From a virus (taxonomy: Duplodnaviria > Caudoviricetes), in IMG/VR virus record IMGVR_UViG_3300048631_000217: a stretch of 64,000 nucleotides of DNA. One strand, 5' to 3'. Below the pieces are notes generated by a model, which saw nothing but the letters and a program-made list of their open reading frames with translations, ran no database searches and was not told the origin of the DNA. Positions 37,628-47,079 of the stretch are shown piece after piece. The translations under genes were made by a program, and so were the position numbers. How positions within the stretch are numbered: position 1 is the first letter of the stretch; each line of letters begins with the position of its first letter.

Positions 37628-38443
37628 TCAGGTAAGGGTTCGGGTCACGTTCAGTCCCATGGTCGTATACCCCCTATCCATCAAGTCTTCGGCAAGACTG
37701 CGGTAATCATCGCGGTAGGCAGCAACCTTGGCGGGGTCATAGCCACGGTCCCGGCTCTCTTCGGATACCCATGCTGCATAAGCGGCCTTGTAGCGACGGA
37801 TTAACTCGTCATCATCTTCCGAGTCGTTTTCCTCTTCATGTAATGCCCGAGATACGTTATGATGTAGGTCTTGCAACGTCCCGTGGTTGTAAAAGACTTT
37901 ATCAAACTCGCCAATATCGCGAATCCAACGCCATTCGCTTTCGTGTACATGGGCGAGAGTGCTATCGGGTAGTTTTCCAGAATTAACATCCACGGCGATA
38001 TCATACCATGCGATATCTTGTCTGAATACAGCCCATAACTGCCCCCCGGCCATTTGAATGATATCTTGCTCGTTTCGAAACCGGCAATCGGCAATGACAT
38101 AGTTCTTATCAGGGTTCCCGAGAATCTTTTTCGCGACGATATGCACCCACACATCTTCATGAAATCCCCGGCGCATACATTCCGTGCCAAAAATCTGCAA
38201 GACGTATCGCGGGGTAATATCCTTACCCAACGCCTTTGACCAATACGGATCGGGTTGTTCCCGCCATTCCCGAGATTCTATCGTATCCCCTTCCAACAAG
38301 TGACGCGGCCAATCGAACAAGATGGCAACAGTATCCTTCAACTTGTCGGCGAATGAAATCTTTTCGAAATCGTGATATTCTATCAAGTAATCCGCAATGG
38401 TTCCCTTGCCGCTACCGATCTGCCCACATAAACCAATAATCAT
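37628..38443 (-). CDS. Deoxynucleoside monophosphate kinase (gp1-like)
   Basis: IIGLCGQIGSGKGT; SFADKLKD; TPRYVLQIFGTE; DCRFRNE; HESE. Confidence 0.88.
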   Translation of the reverse strand: MIIGLCGQIGSGKGTIADYLIEYHDFEKISFADKLKDTVAILFDWPRHLLEGDTIESREWREQPDPYWSKALGKDITPRYVLQIFGTECMRRGFHEDVWVHIVAKKILGNPDKNYVIADCRFRNEQDIIQMAGGQLWAVFRQDIAWYDIAVDVNSGKLPDSTLAHVHESEWRWIRDIGEFDKVFYNHGTLQDLHHNVSRALHEEENDSEDDDELIRRYKAAYAAWVSEESRDRGYDPAKVAAYRDDYRSLAEDLMDRGYTTMGLNVTRTLT

Positions 38444-38913
38444 TCTACCCCCTTCCAAGTTCTTCGATCTACAACATCCCTAATTGTCCTAGGTGTAACC
38501 CCATAAAGATCTGCCAATTCAGTATGTAACAAACCTTCTTCTCTACCTTTCCGAATCTTTCTTACAACATCTTCGTTCAACTTTCGGCCACTTATATAGC
38601 CTTCGGCGTTCAATACATCTTGGGCATTTTCGGAAAGTGTTCCGATTTGCAGATTGTCTTCATGGCAGTTTTCGCGATTGCCGTCAAGGTGTCTGACAAG
38701 CAATCCCTTCGGACAGGGGCCGTGAAATGCCTCGGATACCAGCTTGTGCAGGCGCTTGTAATACTTTTTCCCGTTCTTGTTGAGCGATAATCTCAGGTAG
38801 CCGTTATTGTCCTTGGACAATGCCATGATGTGTCCCTTGGCATTCCTAACCCGTCCTCGGTTCGATACCTGATATAACCCCTCAAACCCGACCACACATA
38901 ACCATATCTCCAT
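38440..38913 (-). mobile_element. NUMOD4-HNH homing endonuclease
   Basis: EIW..VVGFEGLYQVSNRGRVR; LHKLVSEAF; HLDGNRENC...NL...SEN; C-terminal HTH. Confidence 0.85.
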
Positions 38914-38916
38914 CCC

Positions 38917-39336
38917 TTATTTCTGCACCACCAAAGCGCCATCAAGCCACGGAACAACTTCGATCACAACACCGTACATCGTAGATTGAGCCTGCATCGG
39001 CTGAAGTTCCATGACATCAATTTTTTGGTCATACATGACTTCTTGAAGCTGTTTCGCGCCGATCATTATTTTGAGATCTTCCCTTTTGCAACGATACTCC
39101 CTCATAGCCATGTCAATCTGGTAATTGATGCCAAGAATGATGCTTCTTACGTGTTTTTCGTTTATCTCATATGTCTGCATGAACGATGATTCCTCGACCG
39201 CACCAAGGCGTTTCAATATCCTCAGCAGGAAATCACAAAACTTGCGGTATCTCTTCGGTCGATAATCATAACGTGACTTGTGGTATACTTGCCTTTTGTC
39301 AAATTGTACAATCTTTACCGGAATGTTCTTGTACAT
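38917..39336 (-). CDS. Hypothetical protein
   Basis: ORF tiling the operon. Confidence 0.55.
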   Translation of the reverse strand: MYKNIPVKIVQFDKRQVYHKSRYDYRPKRYRKFCDFLLRILKRLGAVEESSFMQTYEINEKHVRSIILGINYQIDMAMREYRCKREDLKIMIGAKQLQEVMYDQKIDVMELQPMQAQSTMYGVVIEVVPWLDGALVVQK

Positions 39337-39339
39337 CAG

Positions 39340-39858
39340 TCAAACCCTTTCATGAAAAATTGTGTCGGATTTCTTCGCTCGGAACCTGTACCAAGCCGCA
39401 TTGTCTTTGCCGGTGTGTTTCGAATTCTCTATCCACTTCACTCGACCTATTGAAACAATTTTGTCACAAAACGGCAGATAGTCCATGGCCTGTTTAGTGT
39501 GCATCCAATCAGCATCAAACAGGAGCCATGTCGGACAATGGTTCCGAAACCGTTCGATCATCGGATGTAACAAATGACGCGACCATGGCGGATTCGTGAT
39601 TATGAAATCAGCAGATGGCAATTCTACAGTCAATGCGTCGGCGGTGTCAATATCTTCGTTTAAAGGTTCAATGTCTGATAACCAGACGCAAAGCGATCTG
39701 GTCAACCCGGTAATGTGGTTGACCAGACGACCATCCCCCGCACAAGGTTCGATGAATGAGAATTCATCCGGCAGATGCCGGATCAACGGTAAGACCGCCG
39801 GTCGCGGTGTCTGGTATAAATCGTTCTTACGTCTTTCAAAATTTGATCGCTTACCCAA
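39340..39858 (-). CDS. DNA amino-methyltransferase
   Basis: DLYQTP; IEPCAGDG (SAM motif I); IITNPPW (motif IV). Confidence 0.82.
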   Translation of the reverse strand: MGKRSNFERRKNDLYQTPRPAVLPLIRHLPDEFSFIEPCAGDGRLVNHITGLTRSLCVWLSDIEPLNEDIDTADALTVELPSADFIITNPPWSRHLLHPMIERFRNHCPTWLLFDADWMHTKQAMDYLPFCDKIVSIGRVKWIENSKHTGKDNAAWYRFRAKKSDTIFHERV

Positions 39859-40166
39859 TGCTCAATCTTCGTCCTCTCTAATAACCAACCGTGTTCTTCT
39901 GCATGTTTCAGGCATACCGCACATAGACATGCACATATTCCGAATTCTGCATAAGCATCCGTATCAGGCTTGATGTCAACCATATAAAGATGTTCTTCGC
40001 AGAAATAACCCTCACATGATAATCCGCCTTGTTCGCCAGCGTCACCACCACAAGCGAAGGCGAAACCACGATGTATCATGATTTCGCATCCCGGATGTTC
40101 ACATTTTGCCTCTACATTATAACCAGCTTCCTTACCGCTAGGTAAGATGTAACTACCATATCCCAT
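39783..40166 (-). CDS. Cys-rich hypothetical protein
   Basis: CEHPGC, CEGYFCEEH, LCAVC. Confidence 0.5.
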   Translation of the reverse strand: MGYGSYILPSGKEAGYNVEAKCEHPGCEIMIHRGFAFACGGDAGEQGGLSCEGYFCEEHLYMVDIKPDTDAYAEFGICACLCAVCLKHAEEHGWLLERTKIEHWVSDQILKDVRTIYTRHRDRRSYR

Positions 40167-40221
40167 CTGACAAACCTTTCTTTATAAGAAAGCGCCCGGA
40201 AACGGGCGCTTGGTGTAATAC

Positions 40222-40569
40222 TTACCGCAGATATTCGGGTCCGGTCCAGCGGATACTATATTCCCCGTAGATGTTGCCACGGGCGGCGTTCTTGGCCGGT
40301 GCGGCCCACGAAGCCGGTTTCAGGATATCGCCTTCCTTGAACTTACCATCATCTTTGGCGACGATGAACGAATGGACACTGTTTTCTTTGATGACCTTGA
40401 CATATTTCTTGCCGAAGGAGTAGGACAGACCTTTCACGAAATCCTGATACATCTTCTCTTGGACTTCGGATTTGCCGTCGCCTTTGGCAGTCAGAAGCTG
40501 ATATTCATCATAATCGCGTTTGATGGCTTCGAGATACTGTTCAAGGGCTTTTTGGAGACGTTCGGTCAT
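40222..40569 (-). CDS. Conserved phage hypothetical early protein
   Basis: GKKYVKV...SVHSFI...GDILKPASWAAPAKNAARGNI; behind cassette E. Confidence 0.75.
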   Translation of the reverse strand: MTERLQKALEQYLEAIKRDYDEYQLLTAKGDGKSEVQEKMYQDFVKGLSYSFGKKYVKVIKENSVHSFIVAKDDGKFKEGDILKPASWAAPAKNAARGNIYGEYSIRWTGPEYLR

Positions 40570-40574
40570 TTCGA

Positions 40575-40630
40575 ATTCCTTTCCTATCGCTTACATGATT
40601 AATATAGGCGATAGGAAAGGGTTTGTCAAG
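40575..40630 (-). promoter_or_regulatory. Early promoter/leader cassette with 13-bp inverted repeat (copy E)
   Basis: TTGACA-17-TATATT; CCTTTCCTATCGC 40578-40590 / GCGATAGGAAAGG 40608-40620. Confidence 0.85.
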
Positions 40631-40638
40631 AGACTTTT

Positions 40639-41181
40639 TCAGAAATCTTCAAAGTCGATGATTCCTTTGATCAATGCCATAGCCTTTTCATACTTTTCCG
40701 AGAAACCTTCATCATCGAAAGCCTTCCGGCCTTTTTTGGATTCCCAATCCTCAAGAGTCATGGACCGGCATCCGATGTTGATCAGTTCGTCTTCAATCGT
40801 TACCGTGAAAGGGAACCCGGTGATCACGATGGGGGTCTTGGGCACGGGGCCTTGGACCAGAGCATTCGCCAAAACATGAGCCTCTCCGTAAACCCGAGCA
40901 TTCTCGTAAACACGAGCATTCTCGTAAACACGAGCATCTCCGTAAACACGAGCATTCCCGTAAACCCAAGCATACCCGAAAACATGTGCATAACCGGAAA
41001 CACGAGCATACCCGAAAACACGAGCCTGATCGGAAACCCGAGCATACCCGTAAACCCGAGCATCCGGCCCGACATAGGCGGTTTCGGCGACATACGCGGT
41101 GTCCGCGACCCACCCCCCGCCGTTCGGGTGTTGATGGGCCGGTACAGGGCCTTGGCCGTCTTCGAAGTCAAACATGGTCAT
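40639..41181 (-). CDS. Hexapeptide-repeat protein, type II (with C-terminal domain), 180 aa
   Basis: FDFEDGQGPVPAHQHPNGGGWV + repeats + KTPIVITGFPFTVTIEDELINIGC. Confidence 0.85.
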   Translation of the reverse strand: MTMFDFEDGQGPVPAHQHPNGGGWVADTAYVAETAYVGPDARVYGYARVSDQARVFGYARVSGYAHVFGYAWVYGNARVYGDARVYENARVYENARVYGEAHVLANALVQGPVPKTPIVITGFPFTVTIEDELINIGCRSMTLEDWESKKGRKAFDDEGFSEKYEKAMALIKGIIDFEDF

Positions 41182-41208
41182 TTCGGTTTCCTTTTCGGTT
41201 TTGCTACG

Positions 41209-41421
41209 TCATCCAGCGGATGCACGTTTCCATGCTTTTTTATACAGTTCAGGTTTCCCGCGCCGCTTAGCTTCGTCATATGCCTTATCGGCTTCTTTAT
41301 GAGCGGGTGCGCGAGGGTTGTTAGCAGCGAACGCCGACAACCAGATTTGCGTTTCCGCTTCCTTCAGAAAATCATCATCCGACAATGCAGCCCATTCGTC
41401 TTCCGTTCTCACGATAGCCAT
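41209..41421 (-). CDS. Hypothetical protein
   Basis: ORF with SD. Confidence 0.55.
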   Translation of the reverse strand: MAIVRTEDEWAALSDDDFLKEAETQIWLSAFAANNPRAPAHKEADKAYDEAKRRGKPELYKKAWKRASAG

Positions 41422-41435
41422 ACCATACCTTTCGT

Positions 41436-41910
41436 CTAAATGACCATTTCCTCATCAAAATTTTCAAAAAGTTCCACATTGATCCTGACACCATCCGGGC
41501 AATACAGCCCATAATAGCCGTTTTTCATAGTCTCTTCGTACAAGAATCCGGGGGAAAAGGACACCCCGAAATACTGGTAGTTATGCGGGTCGCGCAAGGT
41601 CGGATCAAGAACCCGTTCTCCGTCTACCAGAACCCACGCATGTTGAAAGGGGAACATGATGTCGTTTCGCATGGCATAACCTTCGACATATTCGATATCC
41701 CCATCATGACGATGAATGGATGCGCCCAAGACAACCTGAGTTGCATTGGTATAGCATTCCTTGGGGGTCATGTGTTTGCCCGGCCATGGTTCAATTTTGT
41801 CAAAAACCTTACCATTCCGCATAACAAACTGCGCCGTCAGATCCTTGTACCCGACCCTTTCGAAACCGGCGGCTTGGTTTTTGATAACGTCCCGAATGCT
41901 AACCATGGTC
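41436..41910 (-). CDS. Transglutaminase/papain-like Cys-His-Asp protein
   Basis: ECYTNA...YVEGYA...HAWV...LDPT; start placed at ATG 41910 behind a GGGAG SD. Confidence 0.5.
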
Positions 41911-41955
41911 ATACTCCCTCTTACACTATACAGATAGTGTATTCTGGTTGTAAAG

Positions 41956-42345
41956 TCAACAGAGAAATCTTCGAATGATGTTGCCGCCCCGGTCATAGTA
42001 GATCATTGTCATTTCATCCATACTGACGCAATCAGGGCAGCATGTTTCCAGCATGGCCATGTTGGGGGGTTCATCATTCTCCCTCTCACATGCCGCATAT
42101 AGATGACATACCGGACACCGTAGCAGGAAGTTGTTTTGAAAAAACTCGTCAAGGAACGGGTCCAGACCGATGTTCCGCAGTTTGGGAATGTTCTCGCCAA
42201 CTTCAATCAATGTCGTCTTTTCGTCATGCTTGTAGAGGTTTGCCAGAAAGGGGGTAACGGTTATGGCTCTATCCACATCGGCCACATAGGTTCCGTCCTT
42301 CCCGAGTAACAGACCATCCCGGTAAATGTAGAATCGTTTCACCAT
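41956..42345 (-). CDS. Hypothetical zinc-finger protein
   Basis: CPVC and CPDC pairs. Confidence 0.45.
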   Translation of the reverse strand: MVKRFYIYRDGLLLGKDGTYVADVDRAITVTPFLANLYKHDEKTTLIEVGENIPKLRNIGLDPFLDEFFQNNFLLRCPVCHLYAACERENDEPPNMAMLETCCPDCVSMDEMTMIYYDRGGNIIRRFLC

Positions 42346-42641
42346 ACCCGAAACGATTCCTTGATCTGGTCCCGAAGACGTTCGACGGTTTCCCAAACCT
42401 CTTTGACAGATTCCCGTCTCTGTATATCAGCTTCAATGATATCTCCCCGAACGTCTTCTATAGAGAAATCTTGAACGTTGTCATAACAAATCTTTGTCAG
42501 ATAGTCATTCTCACGCCTAAGTTCAGCCAGACAAGCCCTTAATCGGTACATGTCGTGCATGGACAGGAAACATGAATAATCCGTGTTTCCTTCACTCCCT
42601 AACGGAAGTTCATTTAACAATTCGTCTACCGTTTGCATCAA
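42339..42641 (-). CDS. Hypothetical protein
   Basis: ORF tiling the operon. Confidence 0.5.
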   Translation of the reverse strand: MMQTVDELLNELPLGSEGNTDYSCFLSMHDMYRLRACLAELRRENDYLTKICYDNVQDFSIEDVRGDIIEADIQRRESVKEVWETVERLRDQIKESFRVW

Positions 42642-42993
42642 ATACCTTTGCTATTGGAAGTTTGGAAATCAGCCACAACAGAAGCATTGTGGCCATAAGC
42701 AGACCCCCGCCGGGAACAGGAACCGGAGAAGGCAATGGCACGTCCCGAAACAATGGCCTGTCAGGATCATGTGTCCGAAACCATAGGTAAGAGTAGTTCA
42801 CCCATTCATCATAAGTAGGGGGGCGACCCAAAGCAATAGACAATGCTTCAGGAGTCCTAGGTTCCGAACCCGTAAAGCATGTCTGAGGCAGAATCAATCC
42901 TTTATCCCCTTGCAGGAATGCCGCATCAAGATCCTCATAAGGGATACAGACATATCCATACAGGTCTCTTGAAACATAATCTTGTACACTCAT
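42610..42993 (-). CDS. Protein with VPLPA-CTERM/PEP-CTERM-like sorting tail
   Basis: PSPVPVPGGGLLMATMLLLWLISK followed by a basic tail. Confidence 0.5.
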   Translation of the reverse strand: MSVQDYVSRDLYGYVCIPYEDLDAAFLQGDKGLILPQTCFTGSEPRTPEALSIALGRPPTYDEWVNYSYLWFRTHDPDRPLFRDVPLPSPVPVPGGGLLMATMLLLWLISKLPIAKVFDANGRRIVK

Positions 42994-43192
42994 TTCAGGT
43001 TCCCTTACTCATTCATTCATACACTCTTAGGGTTCTTTTCTTTGTTTCCTACATCTTATTCTTTCAGACTCTTTAATAGTCTATAGAATCATTATTAATA
43101 TTCATACATTACATTAATGCGTTAATAACGATTTTACCGATCCTAGAATCTGCGTCAATCCCCAAAATACGTTCATTTTGCCTCAACACCCT

Positions 43193-43510
43193 TTATTGTG
43201 ACTTTTCGGCAACATCGTCCTGATCCAGTAGCCCCGCTTCACGCAAAGCCCGTTCGCCTGCCCCATCGCCGTTGTCACGATCATATAGGCGCGTGTCGAT
43301 CCGACTGTGGTAGAAGTCTGTCTTGATGACGCGGCCTTTCAGGTAATCGACGTAGTGAAACTTCTCCAAGACACTTGCAGCCTCTCCCTCATCAAGATTG
43401 CCCGGAACCGCATGTAGAAACCCAAGACCTTGCGGCTTTGAATTATTGTACAAGGCACACAACGCTTTGGCCTTGTCTTTGTCTCGAATCTTGATTAGTT
43501 TGATCGTCAT
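43193..43510 (-). CDS. Conserved hypothetical protein
   Basis: DKAKALCALYNNSKPQGLGF; DYLKGRVIK; LYDRDNG; start at ATG 43510 behind GAGGA. Confidence 0.65.
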   Translation of the reverse strand: MTIKLIKIRDKDKAKALCALYNNSKPQGLGFLHAVPGNLDEGEAASVLEKFHYVDYLKGRVIKTDFYHSRIDTRLYDRDNGDGAGERALREAGLLDQDDVAEKSQ

Positions 43511-43550
43511 ATCATTCCTCGTATCTTTTTCATTGACTTGATTGTGGCTA

Positions 43551-43871
43551 TCAGGTAAACACCAATATCCCAACCCACAAGACCTTACAGCCGATGTGTA
43601 TTGCCTGATCGGTATTGTATCCTATTTTTCCTCTACATTTCGCATCGTCAGTTATCCAATGTATGACGGTTTCTGACAAACCAAGCCATAGCGACCCGGT
43701 GATGACCCCCACGAAACCGCCATGAATGACGGAATGTGCCGTCATAGGGTGCCAGAAGGGAATGCCCGGTATCGGTTTGGTGCGATTCTTGCCCGTCGCC
43801 AAAAACTCACCTTGCAGGGGATAATCGGCAAGAAAATGCCCCACTACCAGAAGGGCGAATATCTCGATCAT
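43551..43871 (-). CDS. DUF3307-like membrane protein
   Basis: HFLADYPLQ; HSVIH; HWITD..K; DQAIH. Confidence 0.8.
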   Translation of the reverse strand: MIEIFALLVVGHFLADYPLQGEFLATGKNRTKPIPGIPFWHPMTAHSVIHGGFVGVITGSLWLGLSETVIHWITDDAKCRGKIGYNTDQAIHIGCKVLWVGILVFT

Positions 43872-44314
43872 GACCAAGCATCCCATGCCAGTTTCTGAAA
43901 ATCTACCCGACCGCTTCGCAGATCGGCAACCGGCTCGTAATCATCTGGGGCCGGAGTCGGTTCGGGTATAGTTGATAGGTAGTGTCTGATATCCAAATCG
44001 TCTAGGTCCAGAACCTCGTAAATCTGCCGTTCCAGATTGAAGCCGATGTTGAACCTAGATTCCAAATCAAACCTGCCATGATATGTCATATTGTTTATCC
44101 ACTCAACACGAAAATCGTGTTTGTCGTAACATTTTCCGACAACACGCGAGTTGAGTTTAAGTTGCCAATTGGCAGAATGGAAGCTATCGAAGGTCCAGAC
44201 TTGCCCTGAATAAACGCCTTCGGCAGCATAGAGTCTGACTGACATGACAGGGCATTTGATGATGTAGGCAACGCCGTTGACGCCGATGTAGGATTTCTTC
44301 GGTATCTTTTTCAT
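43868..44314 (-). CDS. Hypothetical protein
   Basis: ORF behind a TTGACA promoter and terminator. Confidence 0.55.
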   Translation of the reverse strand: MKKIPKKSYIGVNGVAYIIKCPVMSVRLYAAEGVYSGQVWTFDSFHSANWQLKLNSRVVGKCYDKHDFRVEWINNMTYHGRFDLESRFNIGFNLERQIYEVLDLDDLDIRHYLSTIPEPTPAPDDYEPVADLRSGRVDFQKLAWDAWS

Positions 44315-44398
44315 GACAGTATCCTTGTTGACGTTATGATAGCATGACGCTACGGGCTATGTCAAGATACAAAAAAGCGCCCCACGGGGCGCTTCTGG

Positions 44399-44680
44399 TC
44401 ATTCGATCTTGGCAAGGTCTTCTGACAACTCTCTGATCCGGTTTGATATAATTTCAAGGGCCGCTTTTTGCGCCTGTTCCGCAGGCTGATCGGACGGAAC
44501 CTTTAGGTCATATGTATCAAACCCAAGCGCGGGACAGTGCATTGTCCAAAAGTCGGGGTTTCGGACATGATTACGAATGATAGTAATCTTTATAAGACCG
44601 GAAACGACATTGAAATGATTTGGCGGTATGTCACCACGCTCATTGTAACGGTAACGTGTTTTGTCTTCCCATTTTGTCAT
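44399..44680 (-). CDS. Hypothetical protein
   Basis: ORF followed by a hairpin terminator. Confidence 0.5.
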   Translation of the reverse strand: MTKWEDKTRYRYNERGDIPPNHFNVVSGLIKITIIRNHVRNPDFWTMHCPALGFDTYDLKVPSDQPAEQAQKAALEIISNRIRELSEDLAKIE

Positions 44681-44690
44681 ATCAAACCTT

Positions 44691-44885
44691 TCAGTAAAGT
44701 GCAATATAAGCTTCTTTTTGGGCTTCTGCCGCCGGTATCTCACCTTTGGCGATTTTCACCAAAGTTTCTATGGCTTCATCGTCTCGGCGTCTTTCAACAA
44801 CCCGCTCAGGGTCGATCCTGTCGGCGATCCTGCTAAAGAAATCTGCCAGATACCAGCGTAACATTTCGGTAGTCAAGATGGGCAT
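44691..44885 (-). CDS. Hypothetical protein
   Basis: ORF with SD. Confidence 0.45.
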   Translation of the reverse strand: MPILTTEMLRWYLADFFSRIADRIDPERVVERRRDDEAIETLVKIAKGEIPAAEAQKEAYIALY

Positions 44886-44991
44886 CCCCCATAGTCAAAC
44901 GTGAAAGGGGCCATTGCGGCCCCGGTTAATAAGGTCTTCAACCGACCTTGAACAAATAATAAGTCACGGTAACGGTAGTGAGTCATTTCAT

Positions 44992-45285
44992 TTACCCCAC
45001 TCGGTTGTCTATGACGTTCACTAGGTCTTCAGCATAGACGTTTTCAATAGTTTCGTCAACCAGAAATTTAGATCCGCGCGTTTTTACAAAACGCACCTTG
45101 TAGAGATCTTTGCCGTATTCGTATTCGATACGAACCTTGCCATGTTTAAGCTTCGGGCAGTTGACTTTGAATTGCAGGATGTTATCACCGGCTACCATGT
45201 CCTTAGCGCCCCATGCCCCAAGCGCCCATTTGTCAATGGTCTTGATTTGGGCAAGGATCGTCTTGGCAACGGTCATGTCGGTCAT
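44992..45285 (-). CDS. Hypothetical early protein
   Basis: Behind a leader-only cassette remnant TAAGCGATAGAAAGGA (45290-45308). Confidence 0.7.
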   Translation of the reverse strand: MTDMTVAKTILAQIKTIDKWALGAWGAKDMVAGDNILQFKVNCPKLKHGKVRIEYEYGKDLYKVRFVKTRGSKFLVDETIENVYAEDLVNVIDNRVG

Positions 45286-45310
45286 TTCTGATTCCTTTCT
45301 ATCGCTTATC

Positions 45311-45511
45311 CTACTGATAAGAAGATTTGGTCAGGTTGCCGAAAACCCGAGCATTGCCACCCTTCCGAGCATCTTCGGCGGTCAGGTTGCCGAAAACCCG
45401 AGCATTGCCACCCTTCCGAGCATCTTCGGCGGTCAGACGCTGATATTCATCATATCCGCGTCTGACCTCATCAAGATACTGTTCAAGGACTTTTTCAAAA
45501 CGTTCGGTCAT
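45311..45511 (-). pseudogene. Chimeric remnant: N-terminus of the 40222 paralogue + duplicated 51-nt unit containing a hexapeptide fragment
   Basis: MTERFEKVLEQYLDEVRRGYDEYQRLTA vs MTERLQKALEQYLEAIKRDYDEYQLLTA; LTAEDARKGGNARVFGN twice. Confidence 0.65.
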
Positions 45512-45514
45512 TTC

Positions 45515-45571
45515 TGATTCCTTTCTATCGCTTACATGATTAATATAGGCGATAGGGTTGGGTTTGTCAAG
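45515..45571 (-). promoter_or_regulatory. Early promoter/leader cassette with inverted repeat (copy F)
   Basis: -35 at 45565-45570, -10 at 45542-45547; CTATCGC/GCGATAG. Confidence 0.8.
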
Positions 45572-46220
45572 GGATTTCAACGTAACAACTGGAAGAAATC
45601 GTGTCACGGTATTGACCGGCTTCGATATAACATTCACCGAAGAAATGGCTTGCGCCGGTAATTGATGTATTCCCGGTTACTTCTACATTATCATCAATTC
45701 GTGCGTCCCCCGAAACACTAGCCTTCCCCGAAACACGAGCATTCCCCGAAACACGAGCATTCCCCGAAACACGAGCATTCCCCGAAACACGAGCATTCCC
45801 CGAAACACGAGCATTCCCGGCAACACGAGCATACTCAGAAACCTGAGCCTGACCCGAAACCTGAGAATTCCCGGAAACACGAGCCTGACCCGAAACCCGA
45901 GCCTCCCCCGAAACATGTGCATTCGTGAAAACCCGAGCCTGCCCGAAAACACGAGCATCCGGCCCGATATAGGCGGTTTCGGCGACGGTCGCGGTGTTCG
46001 CGACCCAACCGCCACCATTCGGGTGTTGATGGGCCGGGACCGGGCCTTGGCCGAAATCGTGAGTTTTCACAAAATCATACAAGTTCCTACCAATGTAACA
46101 CCTCTCCAACATTTTTTGAGTAGCGTTACCTAGATCAATTTCTTCATCGAGTGCTATGTCACCGACACGCACAGAGTTGACGATATCTTTTTCGTCAGCT
46201 TTCACAAAAATTTTCATCAT
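45567..46220 (-). CDS. Hexapeptide-repeat protein, type III (N-terminal extension), 217 aa
   Basis: HDFGQGPVPAHQHPNGGGWV + repeated ARVSGN units. Confidence 0.85.
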   Translation of the reverse strand: MMKIFVKADEKDIVNSVRVGDIALDEEIDLGNATQKMLERCYIGRNLYDFVKTHDFGQGPVPAHQHPNGGGWVANTATVAETAYIGPDARVFGQARVFTNAHVSGEARVSGQARVSGNSQVSGQAQVSEYARVAGNARVSGNARVSGNARVSGNARVSGNARVSGKASVSGDARIDDNVEVTGNTSITGASHFFGECYIEAGQYRDTISSSCYVEIP

Positions 46221-46316
46221 GTCTCCCTCACGTTGTATGAAAACTGACCCTTGCTACCCTTTCGATTCGCAGAGGGGCTAGCCATATCCTTCATATATAG
46301 AAATCTTACGTATTTG

Positions 46317-46607
46317 TCAACCGCAAAAAACCGCATCTGAGCCATTTTGTGCGGCATTTGCTGGCCAGTTTCCATGCCCGCCTGTCGCATCCCCGACCCT
46401 ATGAACCGCCTTGCCACCTACAAAAACCTTGGATGAACCTATGACGGCAGGATCTCCGCAACTTGTGGTATCCCCTACCAGAACCACCTTGCGACCTTCA
46501 ATCAAAACCGTATCCTGACCCGCCACATAAGCGGTTTGATGAAACTCACCTGTTACAGTATTCGTGTGGCCTTCGTGAAGGTCTCCGTCTCTAACTATTC
46601 CCGGCAT
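46317..46607 (-). CDS. PAAR spike-tip protein (gp5.4-like)
   Basis: VRDGDLHEGH; VLVGDTTSCG; GSSKVFVGGKAVHRVGD. Confidence 0.85.
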   Translation of the reverse strand: MPGIVRDGDLHEGHTNTVTGEFHQTAYVAGQDTVLIEGRKVVLVGDTTSCGDPAVIGSSKVFVGGKAVHRVGDATGGHGNWPANAAQNGSDAVFCG

Positions 46608-47079
46608 CTTGATCCTTTACAATCAGTCTGTCAAACACGATAGGAAAGGTGGGTAGCGAATCCGGTATGCGACCTGTATAGGCATAAGACAGACTCACAT
46701 GTGGTTTGTAATCCGGCCATGCGTCTTCCATGTCATATATATCCGTGAACGTATTGCGCACCGGCAGAATCTTTTCTGGATTCAGACGCAACACCGGAAC
46801 CTCACGTTCAACCCCCAAGATTTCGAAATCAGTCGCATGGGATACGACTTTGATAGGCGAAACCTCGTAGTTCTCCATCCGGTGATAGCTTGTCGTGAAG
46901 TAGACTGTGCAATGGAATTCGAAATCTTCGGGGGCTATCTCGCCCCCGTCATAATCGACTGCCAGATTGAAACCTTGTTCCCGACAATACTTCCGTAAGT
47001 TTTCTTGCGTCTCATCATCGGCCATCAGAGATACATACTTCCGTTTGCCTAAAATCAGAGACTTCAATTTTTGCATCAT
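46591..47079 (-). CDS. 2H phosphoesterase, T4 gp57B/Acb1-like (anti-CBASS nuclease)
   Basis: YVSL...FHCTVYF...DYKPHVSLSY...PIVFDR, the same motif layout as T4 57B (HST, DYTPHITLSY, PVVLDR). Confidence 0.75.
   Translation of the reverse strand: MMQKLKSLILGKRKYVSLMADDETQENLRKYCREQGFNLAVDYDGGEIAPEDFEFHCTVYFTTSYHRMENYEVSPIKVVSHATDFEILGVEREVPVLRLNPEKILPVRNTFTDIYDMEDAWPDYKPHVSLSYAYTGRIPDSLPTFPIVFDRLIVKDQDAGNS

Noticed and set aside
38440-38913. Intron-encoded status of the HNH gene
   Set aside because: Flanking ORFs are intact and abut it; no room for a group I intron core
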